Part shown: positions 50,494 through 63,922 of the stretch, piece after piece
Numbering within the stretch: position 1 is the first letter of the stretch
Layout: each line of letters opens with the position of its first letter
Origin: Trichoplax adhaerens
Taxonomy: Eukaryota > Animalia > Placozoa
Length of the DNA stretch: 64,000 bases
Assembly: GCF_000150275.1 (NCBI RefSeq)
Contig: NW_002060978.1
Span: forward strand, 310,001-374,000
Reading direction: 5' to 3'
Translations under genes and position numbers: made by a program
The notes under the pieces: model-generated
Databases searched by the model: none
The model's input: only the letters and a program-made list of their open reading frames with translations
What the model was told of the DNA's origin: nothing

Positions 50494-51045
50494 TGAAATG
50501 TAACTTAGTATTGTGATTGTAGACTGTTAGCCATGTTTAGTATAATGTACGGTAGATACTTATCCTAAGAGATATTTGCCAGCCATAACTATAGACTGTA
50601 GTGGTATAGACTCTATGCTAGAGTACACATGACTATATACAGTAAGGTGTTGAGTTACTAATAAGGTTATAGGTAAAAATAGAACTGTAAATCATATATT
50701 AGGATATGGTTAATTCATTGCACCTTGGCTGGTTTGAATAATGTCTACTTAAATACTGTAGTCGTATTCATATCAGATTAATGATAGTCCGCAGTAGAAT
50801 AGTGTTACTAAGAATAATTTAACTATGTGTAAAATAAGGTAAAAGGTTGTCATGCGGATTGTAGCTGGGAATGCTACGAAAAGTATAAAAGCATGCAACT
50901 TTAGATTATTCAGTTAGTTCGTTGTAGAAGTCTTTAGTAGTAGTATTCGGCTAGAGTAGAACTGTGTGTAGTAAATCTTTGCATAAAATTCAATAAAGCC
51001 TTTATTTTTCTAAAATTTGGAATTTCGTGATCGGTATATATCACA
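50494..51045 (+). mobile_element. Solo LTR, family B (552 bp)
   Basis: TGAAAT...ATCACA termini; TATAAAA at 50884 and AATAAA at 50992; near-identical to 55851-56401. The TSD is not clean (GCTGT 2 bp before the start versus GCTAT after the end). Confidence 0.87.
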
Positions 51046-52462
51046 GCTATATATCTTTCATCACGCCCTTGAAATATTATTATTTATTTCGTTGAAAATG
51101 ACGTATTTAGTTTAGACATTTTCTATTGGTATAAGTTGAAATGTTAGAAGATAAGTTTAATTGATTTAAGTTAAAGTTAGGCGTGATGTCAAAAGATTTC
51201 AAAATATTTGATATGAAGCATTCCCTGTAATGATTAGCTATAAAAGAATTTCATTTCTTAAATAAGTCGGATCTTTGGCCAGTGGCTAGATAAAAGTGAT
51301 CATTACACAGATGATATTTAAATAGGTTACTAGTAGCATTTTAGTTGAGGCATTACAAGATAGTTAGCAATATCTTTTACAAATTAGTGAACAATATAGC
51401 CAAAAATATTTGTTGTTGCTTTATCTTTCATTATTTAACCAACCGAAACCGTAAGATTTTGTTGTATTAGCATAAGGTTATTGTATTTTGCCGTATTTTG
51501 CGGAGAGAATATACTTTCGTTAAGTAGCTCCCATATCGCCAAAGTACCATAAAAGCTAAAGCATGAACTGAATAAGCATGTAGAGATAGTTTAGTACATA
51601 AATCTTGATCTGTAGTTCTTCTATTAAGATATTTCAGATAAAAATTTGCAAGACTACATTTTTAAAAATTCTGTTAAAATTATTATAAATGTAATTTATT
51701 TTTTCTTGATACTTTAGAACGCATAGCTCATATCTACTGCATTGCTCAGTGATAATATTGTAGGTTAGTTCTAGAGATTCAAATAGATGTAAAGTTGCGC
51801 TATCACAGTAAAACTAATCAAGAAATTTCATTTTATTATTCTGTTCTTTTTATTCGCGTTGCTCGTGTTCAATAACTCATATAAATATTGTAACTCGGCA
51901 AAAGATCCATTAAAGTACGTTACAGAACTTTAGTTCATAATTTCTAGTCAAGTATATCAATTTTTGACCACATAAAAAATATAAATTAATATTAACGATA
52001 ATTTCTAATGAACAAAACAAATATTTATGAGTATAGTTCGGCTGAAGATGTGAATTTTTTAAATTATCGCTTGATTATGGAAAATTTCTAATACAGAATA
52101 TTTAATGCGTATGAGTAAAGTTAATTAATTGTCTTCAAGGTCTGCTTAATAGATTTTAATAAAAATAAATTTTAAAACTGTCAAATTTAAAGACATATTA
52201 GTTCAAAACAGTACGGAAGACGAATTTATACCGAAATGATAAGTTGATTAAGTAAAATAATATTTCTACTAACCTCTTCATCAGAGAATAGAAATAAAAT
52301 ATAACCTACCTCAGTTTAAGATCAGTTTACGTAATCGATAAATTATGATTACTTATTAATTTAATAGATGCTGATATTATTGCTTAACAGTTAATTAAAA
52401 GTTTACGAAATAATGTGTAAGCTAGGGAACTTTTACGCAAATTATTGATTTTACTTTATTGC

Positions 52463-53093
52463 TGTCACAAAACAGCTTTGCAACAAGATAACGCAATATA
52501 CGATCAATAAGTCAATTCCTTGAACCACGTATCAAGGAACGATATCTGCACTATCACAAACACTTTTGCTCTACTAGCAGACTACACAAAAACTCAAACG
52601 CCTCGTATTTTACGTTAAACACTAAGTTGGAGAATTCTCTTTATTTCACGATATACTGCATTTATATACTACTCCTCAATAGTTCATGAGTCATAGTTAA
52701 TACAATTAACATTAGAATCATTTACTGAATTAGATATTAATTTTAGCTACTGCTCCCTTAATGTAGACAACAGTATTTACGAATATAGACATGTAATGAC
52801 TAATACAGAATAGTCGGATTACGATATGTCCTATCACGGAGCATTTCCATGATAATTTACGGTCTACCATAAGTAAATTACAATCACAATGATTCGAATT
52901 GTAAGTAGATGATTTGCATTCCCTATTATAACTATTAATTTCAGTATGTGTATAAGTGTCACTGTGATAAAAAGTCAGTGCTATATTAAAACACAGTATA
53001 TCCAAATTAGAAGTTAACTAAAATAAGGATAGTCTAACAGAATTATCCTAACATAGATATTTCTACTGTAATACAGTATTTAACACTGTAACA
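52463..53093 (-). mobile_element. Solo LTR, family C (631 bp), distantly related to family A
   Basis: TGTCAC...GTAACA termini; perfect TSD ATTGC (52458-52462, 53094-53098); minus-strand TATATAAA (52661-52668) followed by AATAAA (52640-52645); shares gtttaacgta..aggcgt with family A. Confidence 0.82.
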
Positions 53094-55850
53094 ATTGCGT
53101 ATACTTTATACTTTATATCGGACAAGAATGATCCGCAAGCATCTAGTTTGAAATAGAATATAAATCAAAAGAGCTTTGATATTTAGTAGGAAGTAGTAAG
53201 TTAGTAATTATCCTATTTACGGTTTCCGATAGCAGTCATTATTTCTCTTCATGTTAAAAATAATTCATCAATTACAAGTGCCATATTTTTAAATATTATT
53301 GCAGTAAAAGTAGGAGAAAGTTACAGGGAACTATTAATTACAGTTCATTACAATGTCTGCTATCTTTAGGATAAAAGATAGCGCTTGTATTTTCTCTTTG
53401 ATTGCCATGTTTTGATGTAGCATCGATTCCAACATCAACAGATAAACGATATTTTCATAAAGATAGACAGTAAATAAATATTTTAATAGCCTGAGATCTA
53501 ATAAACAAATTAATTATTTGTAAAATGGCATAACAACATTAATCGATTGCGAGAAGTATATGTCAAATATCTGTATTTGGTTACTTTTCTATCTCTCCAC
53601 TATCGCCAATTTTACGGTTAATAATTAATTAAATAAAATAGTGTATACTTACTAAAAAGCGGGGATTGAATTAAAATGGCATTGAACACTTTAATTAAAT
53701 TTTTTTTTTAAATCTGCTGAACTATTAAAAAAGTAGTGCTTTTTCTTGAAATAAACCATTTGATCTGCTTCTTCTTAAACTTAAATTGAATAGTCTCTAT
53801 GTAGCTATTACGTAATTCATCAATACGAAATCTTTTTCTAGGTGCATCGACCATGCTTTACATGTTTGTTTGAATAACTGGTTACATTTATGAAAATATT
53901 CAATCTATCAATATTAACCTGGCTGCTCATCAAATTAATTGCCTGTATCAAAAGCAGATGAATTTATAGTCCTCTTATTTATGTAGAGTAGTAAAAGTTC
54001 CTGTGAAATTTGATATTAACAACTTAGAAGATATAATGTAAAAATTTAGTCACCAGTAGGCCACAAATATGCATTTAAAATATTAATTTAAGTTGAAAAT
54101 GAGACATTAGTTAGGATAACGATAGAAATCTGCTGTTAGTTCTAACTTTTTTATTTATAATGAGCATTTTATAGGCCCCTAGTTAGTATTAATTGCGTTT
54201 GTAATTTGATAAATGATTATTATATTATAATTTGTAATTTCGGACGATTTCAGAGTTGCATCTATTCAGGGAAATGTTTAATTTGGACCCCGGAGATAGA
54301 TGTAAATCAAAGCATTGTCACTTCATTAAAATAGCTCTTAATTAAGATATGTTGATTATGTATCTTTAAAGGTCTATAAATATCGTACATATTCGTAATT
54401 ACTCTTTGTCAATTGCAATATCCTCACTGCTATCACATTTGGTTCATAGTCTATTGATCTTACGGTCTTAAACCGACTTAGATTCCTGTATTAGTAAAGC
54501 GGTATTATTGTAATAATACATTTGGGCACAGTCTATCAGCTGTTAGTCTCGGCTGGCAATACTTGGAATAAGATTGAATACTTTACATCACCGTACCATC
54601 GTCAGCCATGGCCTTTTAGCGTATCTTATTCCATGCAAACCGTCTCACTGTTATGGAACAAATTTTTAATCTAAGATGGATAATAGGGATACAAACTGTA
54701 CTTTAAATTGATTATTTGTTAACTAGAGATTTACTTACGTAGTTTTATCGACATAGTCAGCCATGAAATTGAATTTCTATTGCTACTAAACAAAATTTAA
54801 CTGGGTTAGTTATTAACAAATTTTTATGGAATGCTACTCCAATTTCAAATGTAACATTCATTGGAAAGTTTCGAAGACCAGCTATTGAAATAAGAGCCCT
54901 TGCTTATGAGTTTCTAAATTGCTAACAAGATCAAATGTCTGAGTAACAATAGACTAATAATTTTCTATTGCTTTTAAACTACTACGCGTCCATTTTCCTG
55001 GAAGAATTAACTATATTAGTATTGTTAAAAAGATAGTAATTTGTACCTTTTAATAAAACACAGGTATAAAAATATATTATTCGCTCAGAAAAATACTGAA
55101 CTCATAGATTGAAAAAATGTTGATACGATTATATCAAGTCGCTTATAAGTTAAGTTATTAAGTGTGCATTTCTTGTCACAGTATCACTATTATAGTAAGT
55201 TTAATCCTGTATCATCTTCCTGAAAATATTCACATTCAATTGTAATATACCGGTTTTAATATAACATTAATTTCCATTGATGACATTTTGATAATGCTTT
55301 TGAGATATGTTAATTTTAGTTTTATTATTAAAATTTTCAACTTAAACTTGTGATTTTCATAATAAGTAAGTTATTAGTGTATCCTTAGCACATTGTGTTA
55401 AGTAGTTCCTTTGTTACCGTAGACTAGACCATTTCGTAGTAGGCGTAGAACTGATGTAACGCCTTATTATAATATGTTATCTTTAAAGAAAAGGTAGAAT
55501 GTTCGGAAATATAAAATAAAGTATTCGGAACCGTGATCAAATTTGTAAATAAAATACTACCGGTTAAAAGATAATAGTATTAATTTAATTAATTAATAGA
55601 TTCTCTGATATCCTGATGGAGGGAATTGACTCTAAGATCCACACTGCTTCTTTCTAAAGAAAATTTATTAAAAGCCCCCATAATGATCACATCGCGTTAA
55701 TTAACTTTGTAAATAGAATGGTAATTAAATTAACCAATTATGGTAACTTTATCCTATAGAAAAATTTAAAATCCATAGGCACAAAACAAGATGTTGAAAA
55801 GATTGGTAGCTGTCATACTAATTTTTAAAGAAATTCCTGTTCTTGATAAT

Positions 55851-56401
55851 TGTAATGTAACTAGTATTGTGATTGTAGACTGTTAGCCTTGTTTAGTATA
55901 ATGTACGGTAGATACTTATCCTAAGAGATATTTGCCAGTCATAACTATAGACTGTAGTGGTATAGACTCTATGCTAGAGTACACATGACTATATACAGTA
56001 AGGTGTTGAGTTACTAATAAGGTTATAGGTAAAAATAGAACTGTAAATCATATATTAGGATATGGTTAATTCATTGCACCTTGGCTGGTTTGAATAATGT
56101 CTACTTAAATACTGTAGTCGTATTCATATCAGATTAATGATAGTCCGCAGTAGAATAGTGTTACTAAGAATAATTTAACTATGTGTAAAATAAGGTAAAA
56201 GGTTGTCATGCGGATTGTAGCTGGGAATGCTACGAAAAGTATAAAAGCATGCAACTTTAGATTATTCAGTTAGTTCGTTGTAGAAGTCTTTAGTAGTAGT
56301 ATTCGGCTAGAGTAGAACTGTGTGTAGTAAATCTTTGCATAAAATTCAATAAAGCCTTTATTTTTCTAAAATTTGGAATTTCATGATCGATATATATCAC
56401 A
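55851..56401 (+). mobile_element. Solo LTR, family B (551 bp)
   Basis: TGTAAT...ATCACA termini; perfect TSD ATAAT (55846-55850, 56402-56406). Confidence 0.9.
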
Positions 56402-59400
56402 ATAATAAATAATAATTAATTAAATTAAGGTATTACTAATATTAGATCTTGATATTGAATTCAATATAAAATGTTTATTATCTCAGCTACATTATACGAT
56501 TATTTTTTTAAAATTTACTTATTTATTCTATAATAATTTATAATAAATTCATGATATCTACAACGTGATTTCTATGTTATACTTGTAAGTAAAAGAGGAG
56601 CACCTTGAATTTTTCATTATTTTTGTATCGATAATAATATACAGCATATTTATTACCATATAATGAAACAATGAATGAAAAGTTTATTCTATATATATAT
56701 ATGTGTATATGACTACCTTTACATTTTAGCTACTTTAAAGATCAGTCAATTCTAGATTTCAGGACTTCAGTACCCGAATTTCATTGTTCATCGCTCGCTA
56801 TAGCATCTTTTATCAGGTACAGCTATATGTGCATACAAGAATCTGATATTTACTCAGCAAAAAGCATATTAAAAGTATTATACTTACGGCAAATATGTCT
56901 TCACCAATTAAATTGGTTCGTCAAATAAATGAGTTTATCATATGTTATTAATAAAATAAGCATTAGATAAATAGTTATGCTTGAAATATCTCTTGTTTGA
57001 TGTTTTTCATGTGTGCCTTTAATCATAGACTGCATATTGATTTGAATATAAATGGTTTTTAAAGAAGTATTTATTAATTAAGTTACAACTCTATGATTAA
57101 AGTGGACGGTGCTAACTGATGCATTCTCATTGCAAGTGCAGTCTTGGTATATTTTTAGTCGTTTATGAAGAGTTAGCGAAACGTTACAATCAATAAAGCA
57201 TGTTACTAAATAAATTAGAAATAGAAAAAGATAAAACGTTATTACATCTGCAAAATGGCCGCATATTTGATTAACATCAATACAAATAGATATTTAATAA
57301 AGAAAATTGTAATTCAGACTTTATTGTATGACTACACTTAAAATGCTGAAACATTTAAAAAGCTGACAGGAATGTATTCTCTGTGTATGTCATAAACAAA
57401 CGTTGTAACAAGAATTGAGCTACTGATAATATAAATACCGAATTAAAATCACAGCCAAGACAAGACTGGTATGTTTTATCAATCTTTTGTTATATGAAAA
57501 GACTCTAGTTACAAAAGAAATATTGCCTACCAGAACAAGCTTTTGTATTTATTTCTTTTTCCAACTCAGAGTTTATAATACTAGTAAACAAATACAAACG
57601 TTTCTCTATTTTATCCAATATTTTCTAATTCTCTTGTCTAAAACAATGCTTCGTTGTCGTAGCATTGCGTACGTTTTTAAAACTACGCTATCCAAACATG
57701 ATAATGATAGCTTCATTAACTTTTGCAACAATAAGTTACTTAATCAACTTCATATACGATTTCTAAGTAGAATATTCTACGTTAGGACGAATATACTTCA
57801 GTACATATCGATTAATAAATTATAGGATTTATGTTTGACGATATTGATAGTTCTATAAAAGTACAAGGCAATGGCATCTAGACCAGTTATCAGAATTTGG
57901 GTTTTAATTTAAAGTTTAGATTAAATAAGCTTGAAATATTAATACAATGCCTCACGTTATGAGAAAGAAAAGAATGACTCAATTGCATCTGTAGATTAGG
58001 TATTTTATTTCGGTTCTCTCTTTTGTATTAAAACATATTTTCTCACGTATTCTATGATTACGTCGACTTTTCATTACTAGTTCGAGCGTTATATGATTTA
58101 AGTATTGATATATCAAAAAATCTGAAACCTGTAAATAGATGATAACGTTACTGAATAATTTAAGAAGAGATTAATCAAAAAATCAGATTAGACGTCTCAA
58201 TTCTCCCGATTTCATCTCTATATGCCGTTTACCTGTCTACAAATTAGATTCCTATTTTACTTTCTACCTCCTTTGTACTCTTTATTTATAACTAAATGAA
58301 AATATAAGACTAACTTTATTCTTCGATGAATTCGAAAACCGAAGGAATTTCTAAACTGTCTGCACGTTACTTACTTCCGAATTTTCCGGTTATTGATAAA
58401 CTTGAATTGTTGTGTAGCTCTTGATAGAATTATCGAATAAATATCGATGAATTAATTAGCAGACAAAGGCCTGAATTTTATTATATTACTTGGTAGAAAT
58501 AGTATGTAATGCAAGACTTCGACTATTATAAAAAATGACTTAGTTTTGCTTAAAATTGATAGGATAATCCTATCTATGCAACAACGACTAAATTGAATAA
58601 AAATTTTAGTTCACTAACTAATATAACGAATCAGTACTGCATTGTTTATCCAAAAATTATAATCTTTTTTTGAGTTTTTTAAACTAAGGCTAATGAAAAA
58701 TGAACAGGGCATAGAAGATTAGCATAGTAACTTATTTTAAATTTTAAGTTTTATAATAATTTGGCTCCTAATTAAGTGATTTTTTTTGATTAAATTACCA
58801 TATATTGAAATATCATGTTATTGGACAATTACAAATTAAAAATTAATTTTCTGTATACCATGTAATTTACGTAGTGGTGACCTTGTTCGAAAACTACTTA
58901 GGCCATTTTCTTTACTGGTGAGTACCATTACACGATAGTGGTAACATACTAATAAACATATGAGCTACTAAAAGCTTTGATGCACCAGTATTTACAATGT
59001 CGAATGACTGATATACCGTAAATTTATCGATACATGGAAAGCTTATTGCTGTAAAATATATTTATCATTTCATATGGTAAGAAAATCTGGTTCATATAGA
59101 GGAAACTATTAGCATCTAACCCTCTAAGCCGCGGGGTACTTATAAAGTATTGAATATAATGTTGCTATGGCTAAATCAGCCGTGACTATTACTGGAACAA
59201 TTTGCACCTTAGGGTGACGTCAGCTAATTTATTACTAAAAGGAAGCATTTCATCGAATATTTTCCCTTCTGAATCAGGTTTATATTTAAACTGAAGTAAC
59301 TAAGGATTTCTCATTTTTAGTTAGTATTCAAAAAACTTTGCATTTAATTATATTTATTAGCCATCAGATAATGTTTTGATTACAATTATCTTCATCTGGC

Positions 59401-60942
59401 TGTACATTATTGATCAAAACAATTAATAAACTAATTTGTTATAATATTTTTTAGCTGACTGATGGCTTGAAATTTAATTTAATTTGAAGTCTATTTAAAT
59501 TAATCAATTGAATTAATTTTTATACAAATCAGTTTCATTTGATTTCTATTTTTCGATTCATGCTCGCAATTAATTTAGATTTTTATATGCAGTAGGCCAA
59601 ATAGAGACTGAATTTTTTTGATTATCACTTAGGCATCTTAATATTTGGTAGAAATTTTAACGTCATCACTTTTTTGTATCATTCAATTTTAAGATCTACA
59701 AGCCTTCTTTATTTTACGTTCAGCGATGAGTAATTCTAGTTGTCCAAAATTTAAGAATGAATGCCCAATAATTTTATAACAACTGCAAAATACTGATAAT
59801 TAATGAACTAAACTATCAAGTGCAAGTGATGAAGAATAAATATCTGTATTTAATTTAATTTGGTCGAAGAGAACATGCGGCCTATAAAAATTATTAGTTT
59901 TGATTTTATTGGAATGTGACGTTTCAAAGTCAAGCGGTATGACAAATTGAGTTGACAATGACAATTGGCAGCTTCATTGGTGTCTATTCAAAATTTTATC
60001 CGTAGAAATAGTGCAATTTCATCTTAAATTTAGTTTATGTTCAGTTAGAATTCAGGAAATGTCGATTAATTTAGTTACCGTTTACAAGCTATCTTACTGA
60101 AACTTGTTTATTTCCTTCATTTTTTATAAAGAATATTTAGTTGGATCTCATCTATTAAGAACTTGAATAAAAAAATTGGTAAGAGGATGCAAAATGATAC
60201 TAATTAAAGCAATAAACTATTGACTAGAAATGATTTGATTTGTTAAATACTGCACCAAATTGTCATATGAATCTGTGCTAGCGTTTGCATCTGTTCGTTA
60301 TCTCTTTGACCTCATTAACACCTGACATTAATTATTTCGATTATAATGGTCTGTGAATCGAATATACAAAATGTTAATCTTGCTTGATATAATTAGTATA
60401 ATAATTTAAAAATAATAAGTATTGCGTAGAGGCAAAAAATAAAATACTTGTTTTAACTAAATTTAAAACTACAAATTTGAAATAAACAGAGGTATAACAA
60501 CAACTTTATGACAATAAAACTGTATGAATAGATTTTCATTTTTGATGTGGTAATGATTAATTACTTTCAAAATAGAGCAATAAAATTAATTCGGGCCTTA
60601 GCTCCTTTCTTTGATCAATACCATAATTAACATATTCTTAGATAGCTAATGTACTTTCTTTATTTCTTAAATTAGGATTGATGCGATTTTAATAGCCGAT
60701 ATTTTGAAAGATATTCGAAAGCTAGAAAATTCGATGCTGAATCAAGATTAAAGAGCCAGTTTATTAAGTTTTCGCTACAAAAGTTATTCAAGTGAAACTC
60801 ATGTACATATATTTCTAAAATTTTTGCATCTCTTAAAACAGTTATTCACTAATTCAAGATCCAAAATTCTCTTCCAAAATCTGTAATTCATATCTGCTTG
60901 TTTTTGCATCCAAGTTTAATTATTGAAGTTTTTGTGTCGAAG

Positions 60943-61971
60943 ATGATAAATTCTAAAATTACTGTGTTCGATATTGGAATATTTTATGCTGAAGCAAATA
61001 CAACAATGATTGTTGGTCTCCTTGCGATGGTTTTAAATCTTATTGTAGGCGTAGCATTTATTAAAGGCAAGCGACTGAATACTCCGGCTTCGTTATTTTT
61101 GGCTAACTTAACAGTAACTGATTTAGTTTGTGCATTATCGTTAATTCTTGATTCTATAACGAATTATATACTCTTGAAGATGCCTATGAACACCCAATAC
61201 GTTGATTCGCTTTGCAAATTTAGTAACTTCCTATGCGGTCTATCCTATATTACTTTAAGTGCAAGTCTGTCGGGCCTTAGTACTGAAAGATATAATGTAA
61301 TCGTACGTACTAAGAGTAAAGGCTTCCAAATTAGAACTGCAAAGATCATGGTTGGTTTAATTTGGATTTATGGAGCAGTTGTTGCTACTCCTCTTGTATT
61401 TGTTTTTGGAATCAATGTTATTATCGAAGATAAAGTTACAAATTACTCTAGATGCGTTTTATTACCAGAAAATTCTACGTTTAATACCATTTATTATTCA
61501 GCTGGTTTTATAGGGTTGTTTTTATTGCCATTTATGTCCATGCTTTATGCATATTACAAAATTGCTATGAGAATATATAGTAATAAGCGTCCTGGTGAAT
61601 CTGCTATTCGTGTTATGACTACTCGTGAAAAAAGCAAGCGCCGCCAAATTATCATTTTATTCTTTATGAGTATGGCTTTTATGCTGTCATCTCTCCCTTA
61701 CTTTGTATTATTACTAATCGTTCCAATATATAGCCTAGATGGCATTAATATATATCATGAAAGTCGAATTTTTTGGATTATGTACGTAACTGCTAAATTA
61801 CTCTATACATGCTCTTGTTTGTATGATCCTATATTGTATAATTTTATTAGACTAAATTTCCGAAAGTCGTTTAAGGACACTTTCAATCCTTGCAGTCCAA
61901 AACCTAAGGCTCAAATTCATCCAACTGGCTCATCAAAAGTGGGTACAACGGAAATTGTTGGCTTTAAGTGA
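60943..61971 (+). CDS. Class A orphan GPCR (GPCR8)
   Basis: The ORF track begins at TTG 60898; the first in-frame ATG is 60943 (342 aa). Motifs NLTVTDL, TERY, SRC, LLPF..AY, SLPY, DPILY and helix 8 NFRKSF. Confidence 0.93.
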   Translation: MINSKITVFDIGIFYAEANTTMIVGLLAMVLNLIVGVAFIKGKRLNTPASLFLANLTVTDLVCALSLILDSITNYILLKMPMNTQYVDSLCKFSNFLCGLSYITLSASLSGLSTERYNVIVRTKSKGFQIRTAKIMVGLIWIYGAVVATPLVFVFGINVIIEDKVTNYSRCVLLPENSTFNTIYYSAGFIGLFLLPFMSMLYAYYKIAMRIYSNKRPGESAIRVMTTREKSKRRQIIILFFMSMAFMLSSLPYFVLLLIVPIYSLDGINIYHESRIFWIMYVTAKLLYTCSCLYDPILYNFIRLNFRKSFKDTFNPCSPKPKAQIHPTGSSKVGTTEIVGFK

Positions 61972-63922
61972 TAATCATGATCAAAAATTATTAAATATAT
62001 CTAGGAATTTGACTATCGCGTGGCTATGGGTAATGCTTGCATTATATTTTATTTAAAGCCTAATTTTAATATTCGTAGAAATAGGCCTTTAGAAAATATT
62101 TTATGGTTCAGTATATCCTTGGCGTCTTAGTAATATTATCTGAATCACGAAATATCTGCTATGACATAACGCTACCCTTAATTTGTATTTATACAGCAAT
62201 AAAATTAGCTTTAAAACACAAATGGGATAAAAAATTAAAATTCTGTAATAAATATCATAATATTGCGGAAGGAATTTACTGTATACTAGACCTACCTCCT
62301 AGATCGATTGTTATCTAGTGCGATTAAAAATTTCATGTTATGGAATGCAAATGCCTGCAATAGCCATTTTTACAGCTCTTAAAATTTGCTTTCATTATTC
62401 ATGATAAAGTATAATAAGTATAAGCATTGTTAAAATGCTACTCAGGAAGGAAATAGTTAGCCAATTTACGCCTCGTATGTGTTTTTTAATTCATGTCAAA
62501 ACCTTTAATGTCTACATTTACCCAGAAAAATTTCATGAATTTAGAACGATATTGTTGTTACAAGGTACCTGTGTTATAATTTGCTAGTCAGCATTGCTTA
62601 TGGAAGTAAAATAGATAAGAATTAGAAGTAGTTCGAATGGAACTGTGGCATTTTGTTCCTAATATATGCAGTAAATAATGTAATTGTAGTATTTCCTGAT
62701 AATATATATGAAGTAAATCTGTATTTTGATGTACGAGCATATCAGCAAAAGCCAAAGGTAACATTTCTGTTACCATTTAGCTTCTACTTACGCATATTTA
62801 AAAGTCCATCTATTATATCACATGAGTTCGTAATTTATTAATTAATTACTTAAATTTCTAAATAAGGTATACTCGTATTACATATGTGTGTACGCTGTAA
62901 AATTTCGATCTTTATGCAGGTATCTATTTATGCTATTGAATGGCTGAGAATGACTAATAAGAAATGAATATTATCAATGTTGCTTTATGGTAATTGCCTT
63001 ATTTACTTAATTTGGAAGTTAATTTATTTCAGATTATCCTTTTATGGTATGATAATTTAGATTACAATTAAATTTCAAATATCATATTGTCAGTGTAATC
63101 GTAAAACCCACAAAAATGACTAATTACTATTTTTAATTACTCTAGATTCCTTAATCATATTTCTATAAACTGCTTCGTACCATGTTCATGGTTCGTAATC
63201 GATTCTCGCTACAACATGCTACAACAAGTCTTACTTAACTGTATCAATAATTTTATTTTAATTGATATATCGCTCTACTGTAATTAGTCTCTAAGTAATG
63301 TATGCATTTAATTAATTAAAATTTCAGGTTTAGATTCACAAATAAATTATAGTAGTAATAACCTTTGATTCTTAAATTTCTGGCTGATTTTATCGTTATT
63401 ACAGGATCAGTGGACAGTTTCCATTCGTTTTAATAGTAAGAATAAGATGATCAGAAATTCATCGTAATATTAATTTTTAAATTTCCTAACAGTTCTAAAT
63501 AATTGTCTGTCTCATATTCAAATTATGTACCTTATTTTCTAGCGAGATTAAAATGTATCAATAAATCTTGATTTATTGACGTAATTGCAGCTCTAAAACT
63601 AATTCAGCTAGCAATGAAATTTTCAATGCATATAGACTGTTAACTTTGTTGGAAATATAGATCAGACAATGAACTGCAATTCTTGCTCGAAGACTTATTG
63701 GTTACATATAACCGTTATGGCATTGTAGCGCCTCGGCAGTAGATTTCTTCAGTGATTATTAGTAAAATAATTCTATAGATAGAAGTATTTGATACTGGTG
63801 AATAATATTGGAATTTGTATAGATATTTTACAGTCTTATGTATCGAGAAGAATTATCCGGTTTATCCTAGCCGATGGTCATTTCCAGCTTCGAATGATCT
63901 TCTGATAAAGAACTTACCATAT

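Noticed and set aside
50494-56401. Full-length LTR retrotransposon bounded by two near-identical direct repeats
   Set aside because: The right copy has its own perfect ATAAT TSD, there is no PBS after 51045, no polypurine tract before 55851 and no gag/pol ORF between them, and the outer flanks do not match.
60898-60942. TTG-initiated N-terminal extension of GPCR8
   Set aside because: A non-ATG start is not expected in a eukaryotic gene; ATG 60943 gives a complete 7TM protein.
61789-61800. TAK lysine in GPCR8 TM7 as an opsin Schiff-base lysine
   Set aside because: Counting back from DPILY places it at 7.39, not 7.43, which is Thr.
1414-62841. Remaining intergenic ORFs of 61-112 aa (for example 28371-28679, 40914-41237, 52730-53005, 57487-57825)
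   Set aside because: I/L/F/K/N-rich composition expected from random AT-rich DNA, several have non-ATG starts, none has a recognisable domain, and one lies inside an LTR.
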